A DNA stretch of 64,000 nt from Steroidobacteraceae bacterium (GTDB lineage Bacteria > Pseudomonadota > Gammaproteobacteria > Steroidobacterales > Steroidobacteraceae), in the NCBI GenBank assembly GCA_036494165.1, contig DASXOQ010000084.1, positions 40,859 through 104,858 on the forward strand, written 5' to 3'. The notes under the pieces were generated by a model. The model saw only the letters and a list, made by a program, of their open reading frames with translations, ran no database searches and was not told the origin of the DNA. The translations under genes were made by a program, and so were the position numbers. Positions 35,038-44,953 of the stretch are shown here, piece after piece (within the stretch, counting starts at the first letter, position 1; every line of letters starts with the position of its first letter).

Positions 35038-37758
35038 ATGATGTATCGCCAGGGGATTCAATTCCCGATCAAGGACGAAGCGCTGCGCGAGGATGTACAC
35101 GCGCTCGGCGGACTGATCGGTGAAACCCTGCGCGACCAGGGCGGCGATGAATACTTGCAGTTCGTCGAGGCTGATCGGCAGGCCGCGATCCGCGGCCGCG
35201 AGGGCGACAGCGCCGGAACGGCGTTGATCGAGGAGCGCGCCCAGGGAAGAACGCCGGCGGCGGCCACCGATCTCACGCGCGCCTTCGCGCTCTGGTTCAT
35301 GACCGTGAACACGGCGGAAAAGGCGCACCGAGTGCGCCGGCGGCGCCAATATTTGAGCGACGCGCACGCGGTGCAACCTGGCGGCATCGCCGAGTGCATA
35401 AGCCGTCTGCATCGCGAAGGTTTCGCGCTCGAGCAGGTGCTCCATCTCATCGGATCGATGAGCATCGAGCCGGTGTTTGCTGCCCATCCGACAGAGTCCA
35501 CCCGCCGCACCATCCTGCGCAAACAGCAGCATATCGCGCACGATCTTCTGGATCGCCATACGCCGGGCTCCACGCGCGCGGAACTCGACACGCTTTGGGC
35601 GCGCGTGCGTCTCGAGATCACCAGCATCTGGCAGACTGAGGATCATCCGCGCGAACGCCTCACGGTCGGCGACGAACGCGAACATGTGCTCTTCTATCTC
35701 ATCGACATCCTGTATCGGGTGGTGCCGCTGTTCTACGAGGAACTGGAGGCGGCGGTCGCGGCTGCCTACTCGGTGCCTGCCGAACAACTGGACGTTCCCA
35801 ACATCCTGCGCTTCGGCTCCTGGGTGGGCGGCGACATGGATGGCAAGAACGACGTGCACGGCAAGACCGTGCGCGAGACCCTGCACCGGCATCGCCAGGT
35901 CATCGTGTCCTCCTATTTCACCGAGTGCGGCCACTTGGCGGAGTCCTTGAGTCAGAGCGCCAGCCGCGTCGGTGTGAGCGCGGCGCTCGCCGCACGCATC
36001 GATGCCTATGGCGCCATCATGCCGGCGGCGCAGGCCCTCACGCCCACGCGCCACGATCGCATGCCGTACCGCATGTACTTCGGGCAGATCGCCGAGCGCC
36101 TCAAGGCGACCTACGAGGGCCGTCCCAACGCGTATCAGGCGCCCGAAGAACTGCTCTCGGACGTGGGCCTCGCAGCGGACAGCCTGCTCGAGAACCGCGG
36201 CCGTCATGCCGGCTACTTCCTGGTGCGGCGCCTGCAGCGCCGGGTGCGCACCTTCGGTTTTCATCTGGCGAGCCTCGACATCATCCAGCACTGCCAGGTG
36301 CACAACGAAGTGATCGCGCAGGGCCTGGGGGTCGCCGGTTGGCCGGCTCTCTCCGCGGCCGAGCGACTTGCCTCGCTGCGCGACTTGTTGCAACGGGATC
36401 AGGGTCCCACTTCGGCGTTCGATGCCACCGGGCGGCGCACGCTCTGGGTGTTCGAGGCCATCGCACAGGCGCGCCACAAATACGGCCGCCCCGCCATCGG
36501 CGAATACGTGGTGAGCGGTGCCTCGGGTCCGGAGGACGTGTTGGCTGTGCTGCTGCTGGGGCGCTGGGCCGACATCACCGACAAACGCAGCGGCGAGTGC
36601 CCGCTCGATGTCGCGCCTCTGCTCGAGACCATCGGCTCACTGGAGACCGCGGGCGAGATGTTGCGCGCGCTACACCGGGAACCTGCCTATCGGCGGCACC
36701 TCGCCGCCCGCGGCGACCGGCAGCGCGTGGTGATCGGCTATTCGGACACCAACAAGCAGGGCGGCATCGCCGCCTCGCGCTGGGCATTGCAAGTGGCGCA
36801 ATCACAGCTGCTCGTCGCCGCCAAGGAGACCGGCATCAAGGTCTCCATATTCCACAGCCGCGGCGGCACGGCGTCGCGCGGCGGCGGACGCACCGAGGAC
36901 CTGGTGGCCTCGGTGCCCTCCGGTGCGATTCGCGGAGTGTTGCGTCTCACCGAGCAGGGTGAGGTGGTCAACCAGAATTACGGACTGCGACCGATTTCGC
37001 TGCGCACGTTGGAACGAACTTTCGCCTCCGTGGCGCTCGCCACCGCGCACGCGGATGCCGCTCCCGTGGAGAGCGATTTCTTAAGCGCCATGCACGGCCT
37101 CGCGCGCGAGAGCTTCGAATGCTACCGGCGTCTGGTGTATGGCGGCGAGAGCTTTTTCCGATACTTCTGCGATGCCACGCCGCTCGACGTCATCGAGCGC
37201 ATGCACATCGCCTCGCGACCCGCCTCGCGCGGCGCGCGCGGCACGGTCGAGGCGTTGCGGGCGGTTCCATGGGTATTCGCCTGGACGCAGAGCCGTCACA
37301 TGCTGCCCGGCTGGTATGGATTCGGCAGCGGCCTTCAGGCTGCACGCGCCGAGCACGGCGTCGAGGTGTTTCGGGGCATGCTCGAACGCTGGCCGTTTTT
37401 CACACACCTAGTGGATGATGTCGAAGCCATGCTGGCGCGCGCCGACCTTGGCATCGCCGGCCACTACGATGCGCTTGCCAGGGAGGCGGGCGGCGAATTC
37501 GCCGCCGCGATTCGCAGCGAATACGATCGCGCAGCCGCGGGCGTACTCGAACTGCGGGGCAGCGCGCGGCTGCTCGATCATGACCCGACTTTGCAGCGCT
37601 CGATCGCGCTGCGAAACCCCTACATCGATCCAATGCACCTGATGCAGGTGGATCTGCTCAAGCGCTGGCGGTCATCGGGGCGTCAGGATGAAGCATTGTT
37701 CGGCGCGCTCAGGACCACCATCAGCGGCATCGCCCAGGGTCTGCAGGCGACCGGCTAA
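35038..37758 (+). CDS. ppc: Phosphoenolpyruvate carboxylase
   Basis: FAAHPTESTRRT, GSWVGGDMDGK, GYSDTNKQGG, FHSRGGTASRGGG, VPWVFAWTQSR, and a C-terminus ending ...GLQATG; collinear with E. coli Ppc. Confidence 0.95.
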   Translation: MMYRQGIQFPIKDEALREDVHALGGLIGETLRDQGGDEYLQFVEADRQAAIRGREGDSAGTALIEERAQGRTPAAATDLTRAFALWFMTVNTAEKAHRVRRRRQYLSDAHAVQPGGIAECISRLHREGFALEQVLHLIGSMSIEPVFAAHPTESTRRTILRKQQHIAHDLLDRHTPGSTRAELDTLWARVRLEITSIWQTEDHPRERLTVGDEREHVLFYLIDILYRVVPLFYEELEAAVAAAYSVPAEQLDVPNILRFGSWVGGDMDGKNDVHGKTVRETLHRHRQVIVSSYFTECGHLAESLSQSASRVGVSAALAARIDAYGAIMPAAQALTPTRHDRMPYRMYFGQIAERLKATYEGRPNAYQAPEELLSDVGLAADSLLENRGRHAGYFLVRRLQRRVRTFGFHLASLDIIQHCQVHNEVIAQGLGVAGWPALSAAERLASLRDLLQRDQGPTSAFDATGRRTLWVFEAIAQARHKYGRPAIGEYVVSGASGPEDVLAVLLLGRWADITDKRSGECPLDVAPLLETIGSLETAGEMLRALHREPAYRRHLAARGDRQRVVIGYSDTNKQGGIAASRWALQVAQSQLLVAAKETGIKVSIFHSRGGTASRGGGRTEDLVASVPSGAIRGVLRLTEQGEVVNQNYGLRPISLRTLERTFASVALATAHADAAPVESDFLSAMHGLARESFECYRRLVYGGESFFRYFCDATPLDVIERMHIASRPASRGARGTVEALRAVPWVFAWTQSRHMLPGWYGFGSGLQAARAEHGVEVFRGMLERWPFFTHLVDDVEAMLARADLGIAGHYDALAREAGGEFAAAIRSEYDRAAAGVLELRGSARLLDHDPTLQRSIALRNPYIDPMHLMQVDLLKRWRSSGRQDEALFGALRTTISGIAQGLQATG

Positions 37759-39119
37759 CACTCCGGTACGTTCACCGCGAGACCGCCTTGGGAGGTCTCC
37801 TTGTAGATGGTCGACATGTCGACACCCGTCTGGCGCATGGTGTTGATGACTTGGTCCAACGAGACCTTGTGCGAGCCATCGCCGCGAAGCGCGAGACGCG
37901 CGGCGTTGATGGCCTTCACCGATCCCATGGCGTTGCGCTCGATGCAGGGTATCTGCACCAGACCGGCCACCGGGTCACAGGTAAGACCCAGGTTGTGTTC
38001 CATGCCGATCTCGGCGGCGTTTTCGATCTGCTCGTTGCTGCCATGCAGCGCGGAGGCGAGGCCCGCGGCCGCCATAGAGCAGGCCACTCCGACTTCGCCC
38101 TGGCAGCCCATTTCTGCGCCGGAAATGGAGGCATTCTGCTTGTACAGCATGCCGATCGCTCCGGCGGTGAGCAGGAAGCGAATCACGCCGTCATCGTCCG
38201 CCCCTTTTTCGAAGCGCCGGTAGTAATGCAGCACCGCCGGCACGATCCCGGCCGCGCCATTGGTCGGCGCGGTCACCACCTGGCCTCCGGCTGCGTTTTC
38301 TTCGTTGACCGCCAGCGCGTAGACGTTGACCCAATCGAGCGCGTGCATGGGGTTGGCAGGATCTCCGCTCATCAGCTGTCGATAGAGCTTCGGTGCACGC
38401 CTGCGCACGTTGAGCACGCCGGGCAGCAGTCCCTGCGCTTCGAATCCGCGTCGCACGCAATCCTGCATCACCTGCCAGATTCGTTCGATGCCGGCGCGAA
38501 TCTCCGCATCGCTGCGCCAGGTACGCTCGCGCGCCATCATCAGCTCGTGGATCTCGAGCCCGCGGCTCTTGCCGATCGCCAGCAGGTCCGCGCCCGAGTT
38601 GAATTCGAACGGCGGCGCGGCGCGCGCGGCACCCGAGATCTCGGTCGCGCCTGCCTGGATGATGAAGCCGCCGCCGATGCTGTAGTACTCCTCGCGCGCC
38701 AACACGTTGAGCGCGGCATCGTGCGCGGTGAAGCGCATGCCGTTGCTGTGGCCTGGAAGCACCTGATCGGTGTGAAACAGAAGATTCAGGGGCTCATCGA
38801 AATCGATTTCGTGGGTGCCGTTCAGGCGTATGCGCTTCGCTTGTCGGATGCGCTGCAAGGCGGGGTCCACCTGCTTCGAATCGATGCTGTCCGGACTCAT
38901 GCCCTCCAGGCCGAGCAGCACTGCGCGATCGGTGCAGTGGCCGCGGCCGGTTAGGGCCAGGGAACCATACAGTTGCGCGGAGATTTGCGCGGTGCGGGTC
39001 AGAAGATCGCGACTCTGCAAGAGTTGCACAAAGCCGCGTGCGGCATTCATCGGTCCCATGGTGTGGGAACTGGATGGGCCGATGCCAATCTTGAAGATGT
39101 CGAAAACGCTCAAGCTCAT
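37755..39119 (-). CDS. sdaA: L-serine ammonia-lyase (Fe-S dependent, single-chain)
   Basis: [24 protein letters not shown] at the N-terminus and the C-terminal CIERNAMG block. The stop overlaps the ppc stop by 4 nt (convergent). Confidence 0.95.
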   Translation of the reverse strand: MSLSVFDIFKIGIGPSSSHTMGPMNAARGFVQLLQSRDLLTRTAQISAQLYGSLALTGRGHCTDRAVLLGLEGMSPDSIDSKQVDPALQRIRQAKRIRLNGTHEIDFDEPLNLLFHTDQVLPGHSNGMRFTAHDAALNVLAREEYYSIGGGFIIQAGATEISGAARAAPPFEFNSGADLLAIGKSRGLEIHELMMARERTWRSDAEIRAGIERIWQVMQDCVRRGFEAQGLLPGVLNVRRRAPKLYRQLMSGDPANPMHALDWVNVYALAVNEENAAGGQVVTAPTNGAAGIVPAVLHYYRRFEKGADDDGVIRFLLTAGAIGMLYKQNASISGAEMGCQGEVGVACSMAAAGLASALHGSNEQIENAAEIGMEHNLGLTCDPVAGLVQIPCIERNAMGSVKAINAARLALRGDGSHKVSLDQVINTMRQTGVDMSTIYKETSQGGLAVNVPEC

Positions 39120-39233
39120 GCAAAGATCCTGTGACCGCGTGGTAGCCGCATATGATACGCCGCAGGTGCAATGTTAAGATTGCGGCACGTCGAGAAAAAC
39201 CCTTCAAGTCGGCTATTCACGGAGAAATCGAAC

Positions 39234-39986
39234 ATGCGCCATCCGATTCTTTGTTCGTCGTTTCTGATTGTCGCGGCTGCGTTCGGAAGCGTCGCATCTG
39301 CAGCTACCACGCCTGCGAACATCAAGGTAGCCGTTGCCGACAGCAACCGCCCGGCACCCGATACTGCGCGCGACGCTGATCGCAAGCCAGAGGAGACGCT
39401 CGCATTCGCCGGCGTGAAGGACGGTGCAAGCGTCTCGGAACTGCTGCCTGGTCACGGCTATTTCACGCGCATCCTGAGCAAGGCGGTCGGCCCCAAGGGT
39501 CACATCTACGCTTGGGTGCCTCCCGCACAAGGCGACCGTGACTTTGCCAAGGGCTTGAAGGACATCCTCGGCAACAGCACATACGCCAATGTCACGCTGG
39601 TGCAGCAGGGCTTCAGCAAGGGCTTGGCGCCGGCTCCGGTCGACTTGGTGTTCACCGCCCAGAATTACCATGATCTGCACAACGTGAAGGAAATCGATGT
39701 CGCCGGATTCAACAAGGCGGTATTCGATGCGCTGAAGCCCGGCGGCGTCTACCTGGTGATCGATCACTCCGCCGAGAAAGGCTCGGGAGCGCGCGATACC
39801 TCGACGCTGCACCGTATCGACAAGGACACTGTGAAACAGGAAGTGACCGCGGCAGGGTTTCAGTACGTGGGCGAAAGCGACGTACTGGCCAATGCGAAAG
39901 ATCCGCGCACCGCCAAGGTGTTCGACGAATCCATCCGCGGCAAGACCGATCAATTCATATTAAAATTTCGTAAGCCTAAGAAATGA
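39234..39986 (+). CDS. Exported class-I SAM-methyltransferase-fold protein
   Basis: GGAGAA RBS. Signal peptide MRHPILCSSFLIVAAAFGSVASA. Rossmann-like VSELLPGHGYFTRIL and LKPGGVYLVIDH. Confidence 0.7.
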   Translation: MRHPILCSSFLIVAAAFGSVASAATTPANIKVAVADSNRPAPDTARDADRKPEETLAFAGVKDGASVSELLPGHGYFTRILSKAVGPKGHIYAWVPPAQGDRDFAKGLKDILGNSTYANVTLVQQGFSKGLAPAPVDLVFTAQNYHDLHNVKEIDVAGFNKAVFDALKPGGVYLVIDHSAEKGSGARDTSTLHRIDKDTVKQEVTAAGFQYVGESDVLANAKDPRTAKVFDESIRGKTDQFILKFRKPKK

Positions 39987-39993
39987 GATGTAT

Positions 39994-40030
39994 CTGCCCC
40001 AAGGATCGGATTATCTGATCTTTGGGGCAG
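39994..40030 (+). terminator. Hairpin after the methyltransferase gene (candidate terminator)
   Basis: ctgccccaaggatc / gatctttggggcag: a 14-bp stem (one G-U pair) with a 9-nt loop, starting 8 nt after the stop. No clear U-tract. Confidence 0.45.
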
Positions 40031-40126
40031 GCAGGGCCTGCGGTGCGGAAACTTAGGACCTGATTTGTTGTCAACTGGGCATGTGCTGCGACGTTGTTCA
40101 GGGAACAGGATTCGAGGATTAAGCGT

Positions 40127-40684
40127 ATGAGTGTGGCCACGATTTTCGCGCCGTTGCGCGCCATTGCACGTTTTTCCCTGCCGCTTGCAAGTGCCGCCAT
40201 GCTGGCGGCCTGCGTTGCGCCACCGCCGCGCACGGTTGCCGTAGCCGGACCTCCGCCACAGCGGGTTTTCGTCTACCCCGCGCAGGGACAAAGCCCCGAG
40301 CAAACCGAGCGCGATCGCTATGAATGTCACGAGTGGGCCGTCCAGCAGACCGGCGTGGATCCGAGCCGTCCCGGCACGAATGCCTATGAGCGTGTCGTGG
40401 TGCAGCCGGCCAACCCCCCGGGTTCGGGCGCGCTCGCCGGGGCCATCGGCGGAGCCATCATCGGCTCCATTCTCGGCGGCCCGCGCAACGCAGGTGCCGG
40501 CCTCATTTTGGGTGGCGCCACCGGCGCCATCGTCGGCTCGGCGGCCGATGCCAGCGCGCAAGCGCAGGCATCCCAGACCCAGGCACAGCTCAATGAGAGC
40601 GCAGCGCAGGGTCGTGCCAAAGCCGATTCCTATCGGCGCGCCATCGGGGCGTGCCTGCAAGGACGCGGTTACACGGTCTCCTGA
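40127..40684 (+). CDS. Glycine-zipper lipoprotein
   Basis: Lipobox MLAAC and the Gly-zipper GALAGAIGGAIIGSILGG...GLILGGATGAIVG, inserted in a Cys-pair module shared with the next gene. Confidence 0.7.
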   Translation: MSVATIFAPLRAIARFSLPLASAAMLAACVAPPPRTVAVAGPPPQRVFVYPAQGQSPEQTERDRYECHEWAVQQTGVDPSRPGTNAYERVVVQPANPPGSGALAGAIGGAIIGSILGGPRNAGAGLILGGATGAIVGSAADASAQAQASQTQAQLNESAAQGRAKADSYRRAIGACLQGRGYTVS

Positions 40685-40699
40685 GGCGCTATAAACCCT

Positions 40700-41503
40700 A
40701 TGAAGAAGCTAACGACCATCGCCGTAACGGTTTCGCTCCTGATGGGCGCCAGCGTGTGCCTGGCGCGGGGCGACGAACACGACCGCCAGCGCCCTGCAGT
40801 GGAGCGCGGCGCACCAGGCCGCCCGGCGGCGCCGCCTCGGCCGGCAGCGATGCCCGTGCGCCCGACGATGCCGAGCCGGCCCGCGGTGCCGTCGCGGCCG
40901 GCATTTGACGGCCGTGGGCAGGTCTTGGACAGCCGCTACAATCACGGCCGCTACTACCCGCCGTTGGGGACGGTGCGTCCGGCCCTCCCGGACGCCTACC
41001 GCCCCTACTATCGGGGCGGCGCGCGCTATTATTTCAGCGGCGGGGTCTGGTACGCGCCGCGCGGTCCGGGATTCGTCGTGGTGCACCCGCCCGTAGGCCT
41101 GGTGATTTCGGTGCTGCCCCCGTACTACTCGACCGTTTGGTACAGCGGTGTGCCGTACTACTACGCCGACAATGTGTATTACAGCTGGCAGCCCGATCAG
41201 AACGGATATGCGGTGGTCGATACGCCGCCCGGCGCGAGCGATGATTCGGACGCCCAGCCGGACGCTGCGCCCCCTGAAGACAACTCCGCGATGGATTTGA
41301 TCGTTTATCCCAAGGACGGGCAGAGCAAGGAACAGCAGGCCGCGGATAAATTCGAGTGCCACACCTGGGCGAAGGGCCAGACCGGATTCGATCCGACTCA
41401 ACCCAACGGCGGCGCCAATCCGCCGGATGCGGACGTCAACCGCAGCAATTACAACCGCGCAATGTCCGCATGTCTGCAGGCGCGAGGCTACCAAGTTAAC
41501 TAA
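40700..41503 (+). CDS. Secreted Pro/Tyr-rich protein with C-terminal Cys-pair module
   Basis: Signal peptide MKKLTTIAVTVSLLMGASVCLA. RP-rich repeats and Y-rich blocks (VWYSGVPYYYADNVYYSW). C-terminal VYPKDGQSKEQQAADKFECHTWA...YNRAMSACLQARGYQV. Confidence 0.7.
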   Translation: MKKLTTIAVTVSLLMGASVCLARGDEHDRQRPAVERGAPGRPAAPPRPAAMPVRPTMPSRPAVPSRPAFDGRGQVLDSRYNHGRYYPPLGTVRPALPDAYRPYYRGGARYYFSGGVWYAPRGPGFVVVHPPVGLVISVLPPYYSTVWYSGVPYYYADNVYYSWQPDQNGYAVVDTPPGASDDSDAQPDAAPPEDNSAMDLIVYPKDGQSKEQQAADKFECHTWAKGQTGFDPTQPNGGANPPDADVNRSNYNRAMSACLQARGYQVN

Positions 41504-41617
41504 ACACCGTGGGCCAAGTCCTACGCGATGGCTTGTTGGCAGCCGACAGTGCCGCCTGCACCGCGCGCCGTATGCTCATTGTTAAGTCATACGGAAAGTG
41601 TCTTGAGGGAGATCGCA

Positions 41618-41872
41618 ATGATTTTGACCGTGCATCCAAGCGCTTACGAACAAAAACGAGATTTGCACGTGGGCGGCCTCGGTACTCATTCGGCTCCGAC
41701 TCTCGCAGCCATTGCCGATCCTGTGCACGACGTCGCAGATTCGTGGCTTGAAAAAGCGAAAGATGCAGCTGAGGTCGCGGACGATATGGTGCGCGATAAT
41801 CCATGGGCAGCGGTTGCCGTGGTCGGCGCGGTGGGTCTGGCCTTAGGCTGGTTCCTGGCGCGACGAGTCTGA
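41618..41872 (+). CDS. DUF883 (ElaB/YqjD-like) tail-anchored membrane protein
   Basis: GAGGGA RBS. C-terminal DNPWAAVAVVGAVGLALGWFLARR anchor typical of DUF883. Confidence 0.65.
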   Translation: MILTVHPSAYEQKRDLHVGGLGTHSAPTLAAIADPVHDVADSWLEKAKDAAEVADDMVRDNPWAAVAVVGAVGLALGWFLARRV

Positions 41873-41888
41873 CGGCAGGGGAGTCGAG

Positions 41889-42098
41889 ATGGCAGTCGTC
41901 ATGAAGGCCTTCGAAGATATGCGGCACAGTTTTTCGAACCGCCGCGAGTGGCGAGAGTTCGCCGCCGCGCTGCAATGCCCCGTGAGTCTGCCCGGCATTA
42001 TCGACGCGCTTCGAGCAAGCGCAGCGCGCTTTCACGATGTGGTCAATCCACCGGCCCCGCCGCCCGAGCCTGCAGGCAATCTCCAACAGCAGATTTAA
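41889..42098 (+). CDS. Hypothetical protein (69 aa)
   Basis: AGGGGAG RBS 6 nt upstream of the ATG. No family recognised. Confidence 0.4.
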   Translation: MAVVMKAFEDMRHSFSNRREWREFAAALQCPVSLPGIIDALRASAARFHDVVNPPAPPPEPAGNLQQQI

Positions 42099-42224
42099 GC
42101 TTCGCGCATCCTAATGCAGCATGAGCCGTCCAGGCTCAGGTGCGCTGCGCATAAACGTTGCATACGCGATCACCAACCAATCCAGCCCGAGTAGTTCCGC
42201 GCTCCTGATGCGCCTATCGCGTGC

Positions 42225-42254
42225 GCGGCCGCAGGTTCAAGAACCTGCGGCCGC
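42225..42254. terminator. Perfect palindromic hairpin between convergent genes (bidirectional terminator candidate)
   Basis: gcggccgcaggttc aa gaacctgcggccgc: 14-nt arms, 10 nt beyond the TonB-dependent receptor stop. No U-tract on either strand. Confidence 0.5.
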
Positions 42255-42263
42255 CTCGGAGGC

Positions 42264-44795
42264 TCAGTGGCGGTACGTGAAAGTCACACCGAAGGTGCGC
42301 GGCCGGAAGGCGAACTGCCGCTCCAGACGCGAATTGCCATCGCCCGGATCGATAGTCCATTCGTAGTTGGTGACCGTGTGGGTATCCATCAGGTTGTCGC
42401 AGAACGCGGCGATCTGCAATGTGCCGAAGCTCGCGCCGGCGCGAGCCGAGGCGAAGTTGGTGGCCGACAGATGGTAGTTCGCGTCGTCGAATTGCGCAGT
42501 ATTGATGTCCTGACTGGGCGAGTTGTAGTGGTTGCGGCTCTCATATTCGTCGTCGAAGCGCACGAATGAAGGCACGTTGAACACGTTGAATTTGTATTCA
42601 AGGCCCAGCGAGGCAGTGAACGGCGCGTTCGGCTGACCGCTCTGGCCGCTGATGGCATCGCCACGTTCCACAATCGGCTGATTGGGCGGGGCAGTCGGAT
42701 CGGGGTTCGCAAATCCGCCGGAGGCGGTGTAGCGAGCGTCCGTGTAGCCGGTGGAAAACTCAGCGGTGAAGTTGTCGGTGATGGCAACTTCAGCCTGCAG
42801 ATCCACGCCCTTGGCGATGGCCGTGCCCAGATTGTCGATGAAGGAGATCTGGCAGATCGGCGGCACCACGGTCTGTTGGATGTGATTCCAGCGGATGTAG
42901 TAGACGCTGCTCGCGATCTTCACGCGGTTGTCGAAGTTGTTCTTCGCGCCGACCTCGAAGCTGTGCACGCTGTCGGATCCGAACGTCGCCGGCGAACCGG
43001 TGATGCCGAAATTCGAGAAGTCCTCCGCGCAGGCCGGATAAGGCACGGGGTTGTTCGCACCGCCCGGTCTGAAGCCCTTCGCGTAGGTGAAGTAGAAGAG
43101 ATTGTTCGGGTCCATCTGGTAGGAGAAGCTGAGCTTCGGGGTGAACGATTTCTCCTTCTCGGACGAGTCGACCGCGGTATTGATGTAAAAGAGCTGCGGA
43201 CCGCCGGTCAGCGAGTCGTTGCTGAACTGCGTCCAGGACATGCGCGCGCCCAAGGTCAGTTTGAATTGGTCGGTGAAGGAGTAGGTGCCTTCGCCGAACG
43301 CGGCGATCTGCTGATCCTTGGCGCGGGTGTGCAGGAAGTAGCTGTCTTGCGGGTAATGAGGGTCGAACAGCGTCGGAATGTAATTTCCCGCATTGTCGGT
43401 ATAGCCGAACCAATTGTCGTAGGTCGCCCCGGTCAGCCCCACCGACAGCGCGTTCAGCATCGGATCGTGGATTTGCTCGGTATACGACTGGCGGTTCACG
43501 CTGGCAAACAGGCCCGTGGTCCATTGCAGCTTGGCCGACGGATCGTTGGACTGCAGGCGGATTTCCTGCGCGAAATTTCGCTGCGTGTTGTCAATGGATG
43601 CCGGCGAACGATAGTTCGTGAGTCCTGGCGGCAGATGTACGCCGCTGCCGTCGAGCAGTGGATAGGTCGAGGAGGCCGGACTCCCGTCCCCGTTGATGAA
43701 CACGCCCGACTGATAGAAGCCGAGGTTGTAGAGGGTGCCCGAGTACCCGGTTTCCTCAATGCGGTGATAGAACGAGGTGTTGGAGATCAGCTTGGCTATT
43801 CCAATGTCGCCTTCCACCTTGAAGGAAGCAAGATAGAAGCGGTCCGGATCGGTGCGCGTGTCCGGATCGGCACTGACGAAGCGGTTGTTGCTGGGATTCG
43901 AATAGAGCGGCCAGTAGTCGTTGAACTCGTTACGGAACCGGTCCTGGTAGTAGATCGAGGGCTGTACCGACCAGCTGTCGCTCACCTGCCAGAGCGTCGA
44001 GAGACGTGCGAGGAAGGTCTGCTCGTAATTGGCGTTCTTCTCGATGGTCTGCAAGGAGGTCGGATCGATGTGATCGATATAGCCGCCGTCGCGCCGGTAC
44101 CAGATCGTCAAACGGGCGCCGAGCTTGCCGTCTATAAGCGGCATGCCGCCCGCAACGCCTGCCTCGTAGCTGGGCGCGCCGCCCTCGGTATAGGACACTT
44201 CATCGCGGCTGTAGAAGCTGGTCTTCGTCAGGCTGGGCTGCGTGGTGATGTATCGCACCGTGCCGCCTTCGGAGCCTGCGCCGAACAGCGTGCCCTGCGG
44301 TCCGCGCAGCACTTCCACGCGGTCAATGTCGAACGACTTGGGCAGTGCATCGTCCGGATTGAACGCGAGCGCGCGAATCTGGATCGGCGTGTCGTCGATG
44401 TAAATGCCCGTGGTTCCCGCGCCGCCGCTCGAGGAGATGCCGCGGATCGCTATGTTGTTGGTGCCCGAAGTGTCGACCGTAACGCCCGGCGTGAAGCGTG
44501 CGATATCGGAAATGTCCTTGATGCCCTTGATATCCATCGCTTCCTGCGTCACCGCCGTGACGCTGATGGGCACCTTGCTCAACGACTCGTCGTGACGCGT
44601 AGCCGTCACGATGATATCCGCCAGCGGCCCCTGATTTTCGGCCGCATTGTCCGCCACGTCGGCGCCATGTGAGATCGTCGCCGCACCCAGACAGAGCAGC
44701 GCAGCGACGGCTGCTGCCGATACGCTCAGTTTTCTGGTGGGCAAAGTGCGGACGTAGTTCTCACGCAACGCAAGACGGACAGGCTTTTGCATCAT
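42264..44795 (-). CDS. TonB-dependent outer-membrane receptor
   Basis: Signal peptide, TonB-box-like DIIVTATR, plug domain (VPISVTAVTQEAMDIKGIKDISDIARFTPGV...RGISS...IDRVEVLRGPQGTLFG), and a long barrel. Start is at the MMQKP ATGs (44795/44792) with an AAGGGA RBS. Confidence 0.9.
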   Translation of the reverse strand: MMQKPVRLALRENYVRTLPTRKLSVSAAAVAALLCLGAATISHGADVADNAAENQGPLADIIVTATRHDESLSKVPISVTAVTQEAMDIKGIKDISDIARFTPGVTVDTSGTNNIAIRGISSSGGAGTTGIYIDDTPIQIRALAFNPDDALPKSFDIDRVEVLRGPQGTLFGAGSEGGTVRYITTQPSLTKTSFYSRDEVSYTEGGAPSYEAGVAGGMPLIDGKLGARLTIWYRRDGGYIDHIDPTSLQTIEKNANYEQTFLARLSTLWQVSDSWSVQPSIYYQDRFRNEFNDYWPLYSNPSNNRFVSADPDTRTDPDRFYLASFKVEGDIGIAKLISNTSFYHRIEETGYSGTLYNLGFYQSGVFINGDGSPASSTYPLLDGSGVHLPPGLTNYRSPASIDNTQRNFAQEIRLQSNDPSAKLQWTTGLFASVNRQSYTEQIHDPMLNALSVGLTGATYDNWFGYTDNAGNYIPTLFDPHYPQDSYFLHTRAKDQQIAAFGEGTYSFTDQFKLTLGARMSWTQFSNDSLTGGPQLFYINTAVDSSEKEKSFTPKLSFSYQMDPNNLFYFTYAKGFRPGGANNPVPYPACAEDFSNFGITGSPATFGSDSVHSFEVGAKNNFDNRVKIASSVYYIRWNHIQQTVVPPICQISFIDNLGTAIAKGVDLQAEVAITDNFTAEFSTGYTDARYTASGGFANPDPTAPPNQPIVERGDAISGQSGQPNAPFTASLGLEYKFNVFNVPSFVRFDDEYESRNHYNSPSQDINTAQFDDANYHLSATNFASARAGASFGTLQIAAFCDNLMDTHTVTNYEWTIDPGDGNSRLERQFAFRPRTFGVTFTYRH

Positions 44796-44953
44796 GAAGC
44801 ATCCCTTGTGGCGAACCATTTCGGCTCGTTATTCGGCTCCAAATCCCCGAGCCATTGCACCATAACGGCAGTCCAGTGGAAAGGGTGTGCAATAAGCTAC
44901 GTTGCGGGGACACAACTTAGCCATCGTCATGCACTTGTGGGATCATCGGACGC

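Noticed and set aside
35005-36477. N-terminal ~490 aa of the 1093-aa minus-strand ORF 33196..36477
   Set aside because: This part is antisense to the well-supported ppc gene and has an Arg/Ala/Gly-rich, non-protein-like composition. The real gene is the 602-aa CPA2 transporter starting at the ATG at 35004, which has an RBS.
39950-40660. 236-aa minus-strand ORF
   Set aside because: Antisense to the glycine-zipper lipoprotein gene; low-complexity Gly/Arg/Ala.
42876-44672. 598-aa plus-strand ORF
   Set aside because: Antisense shadow of the TonB-dependent receptor gene.
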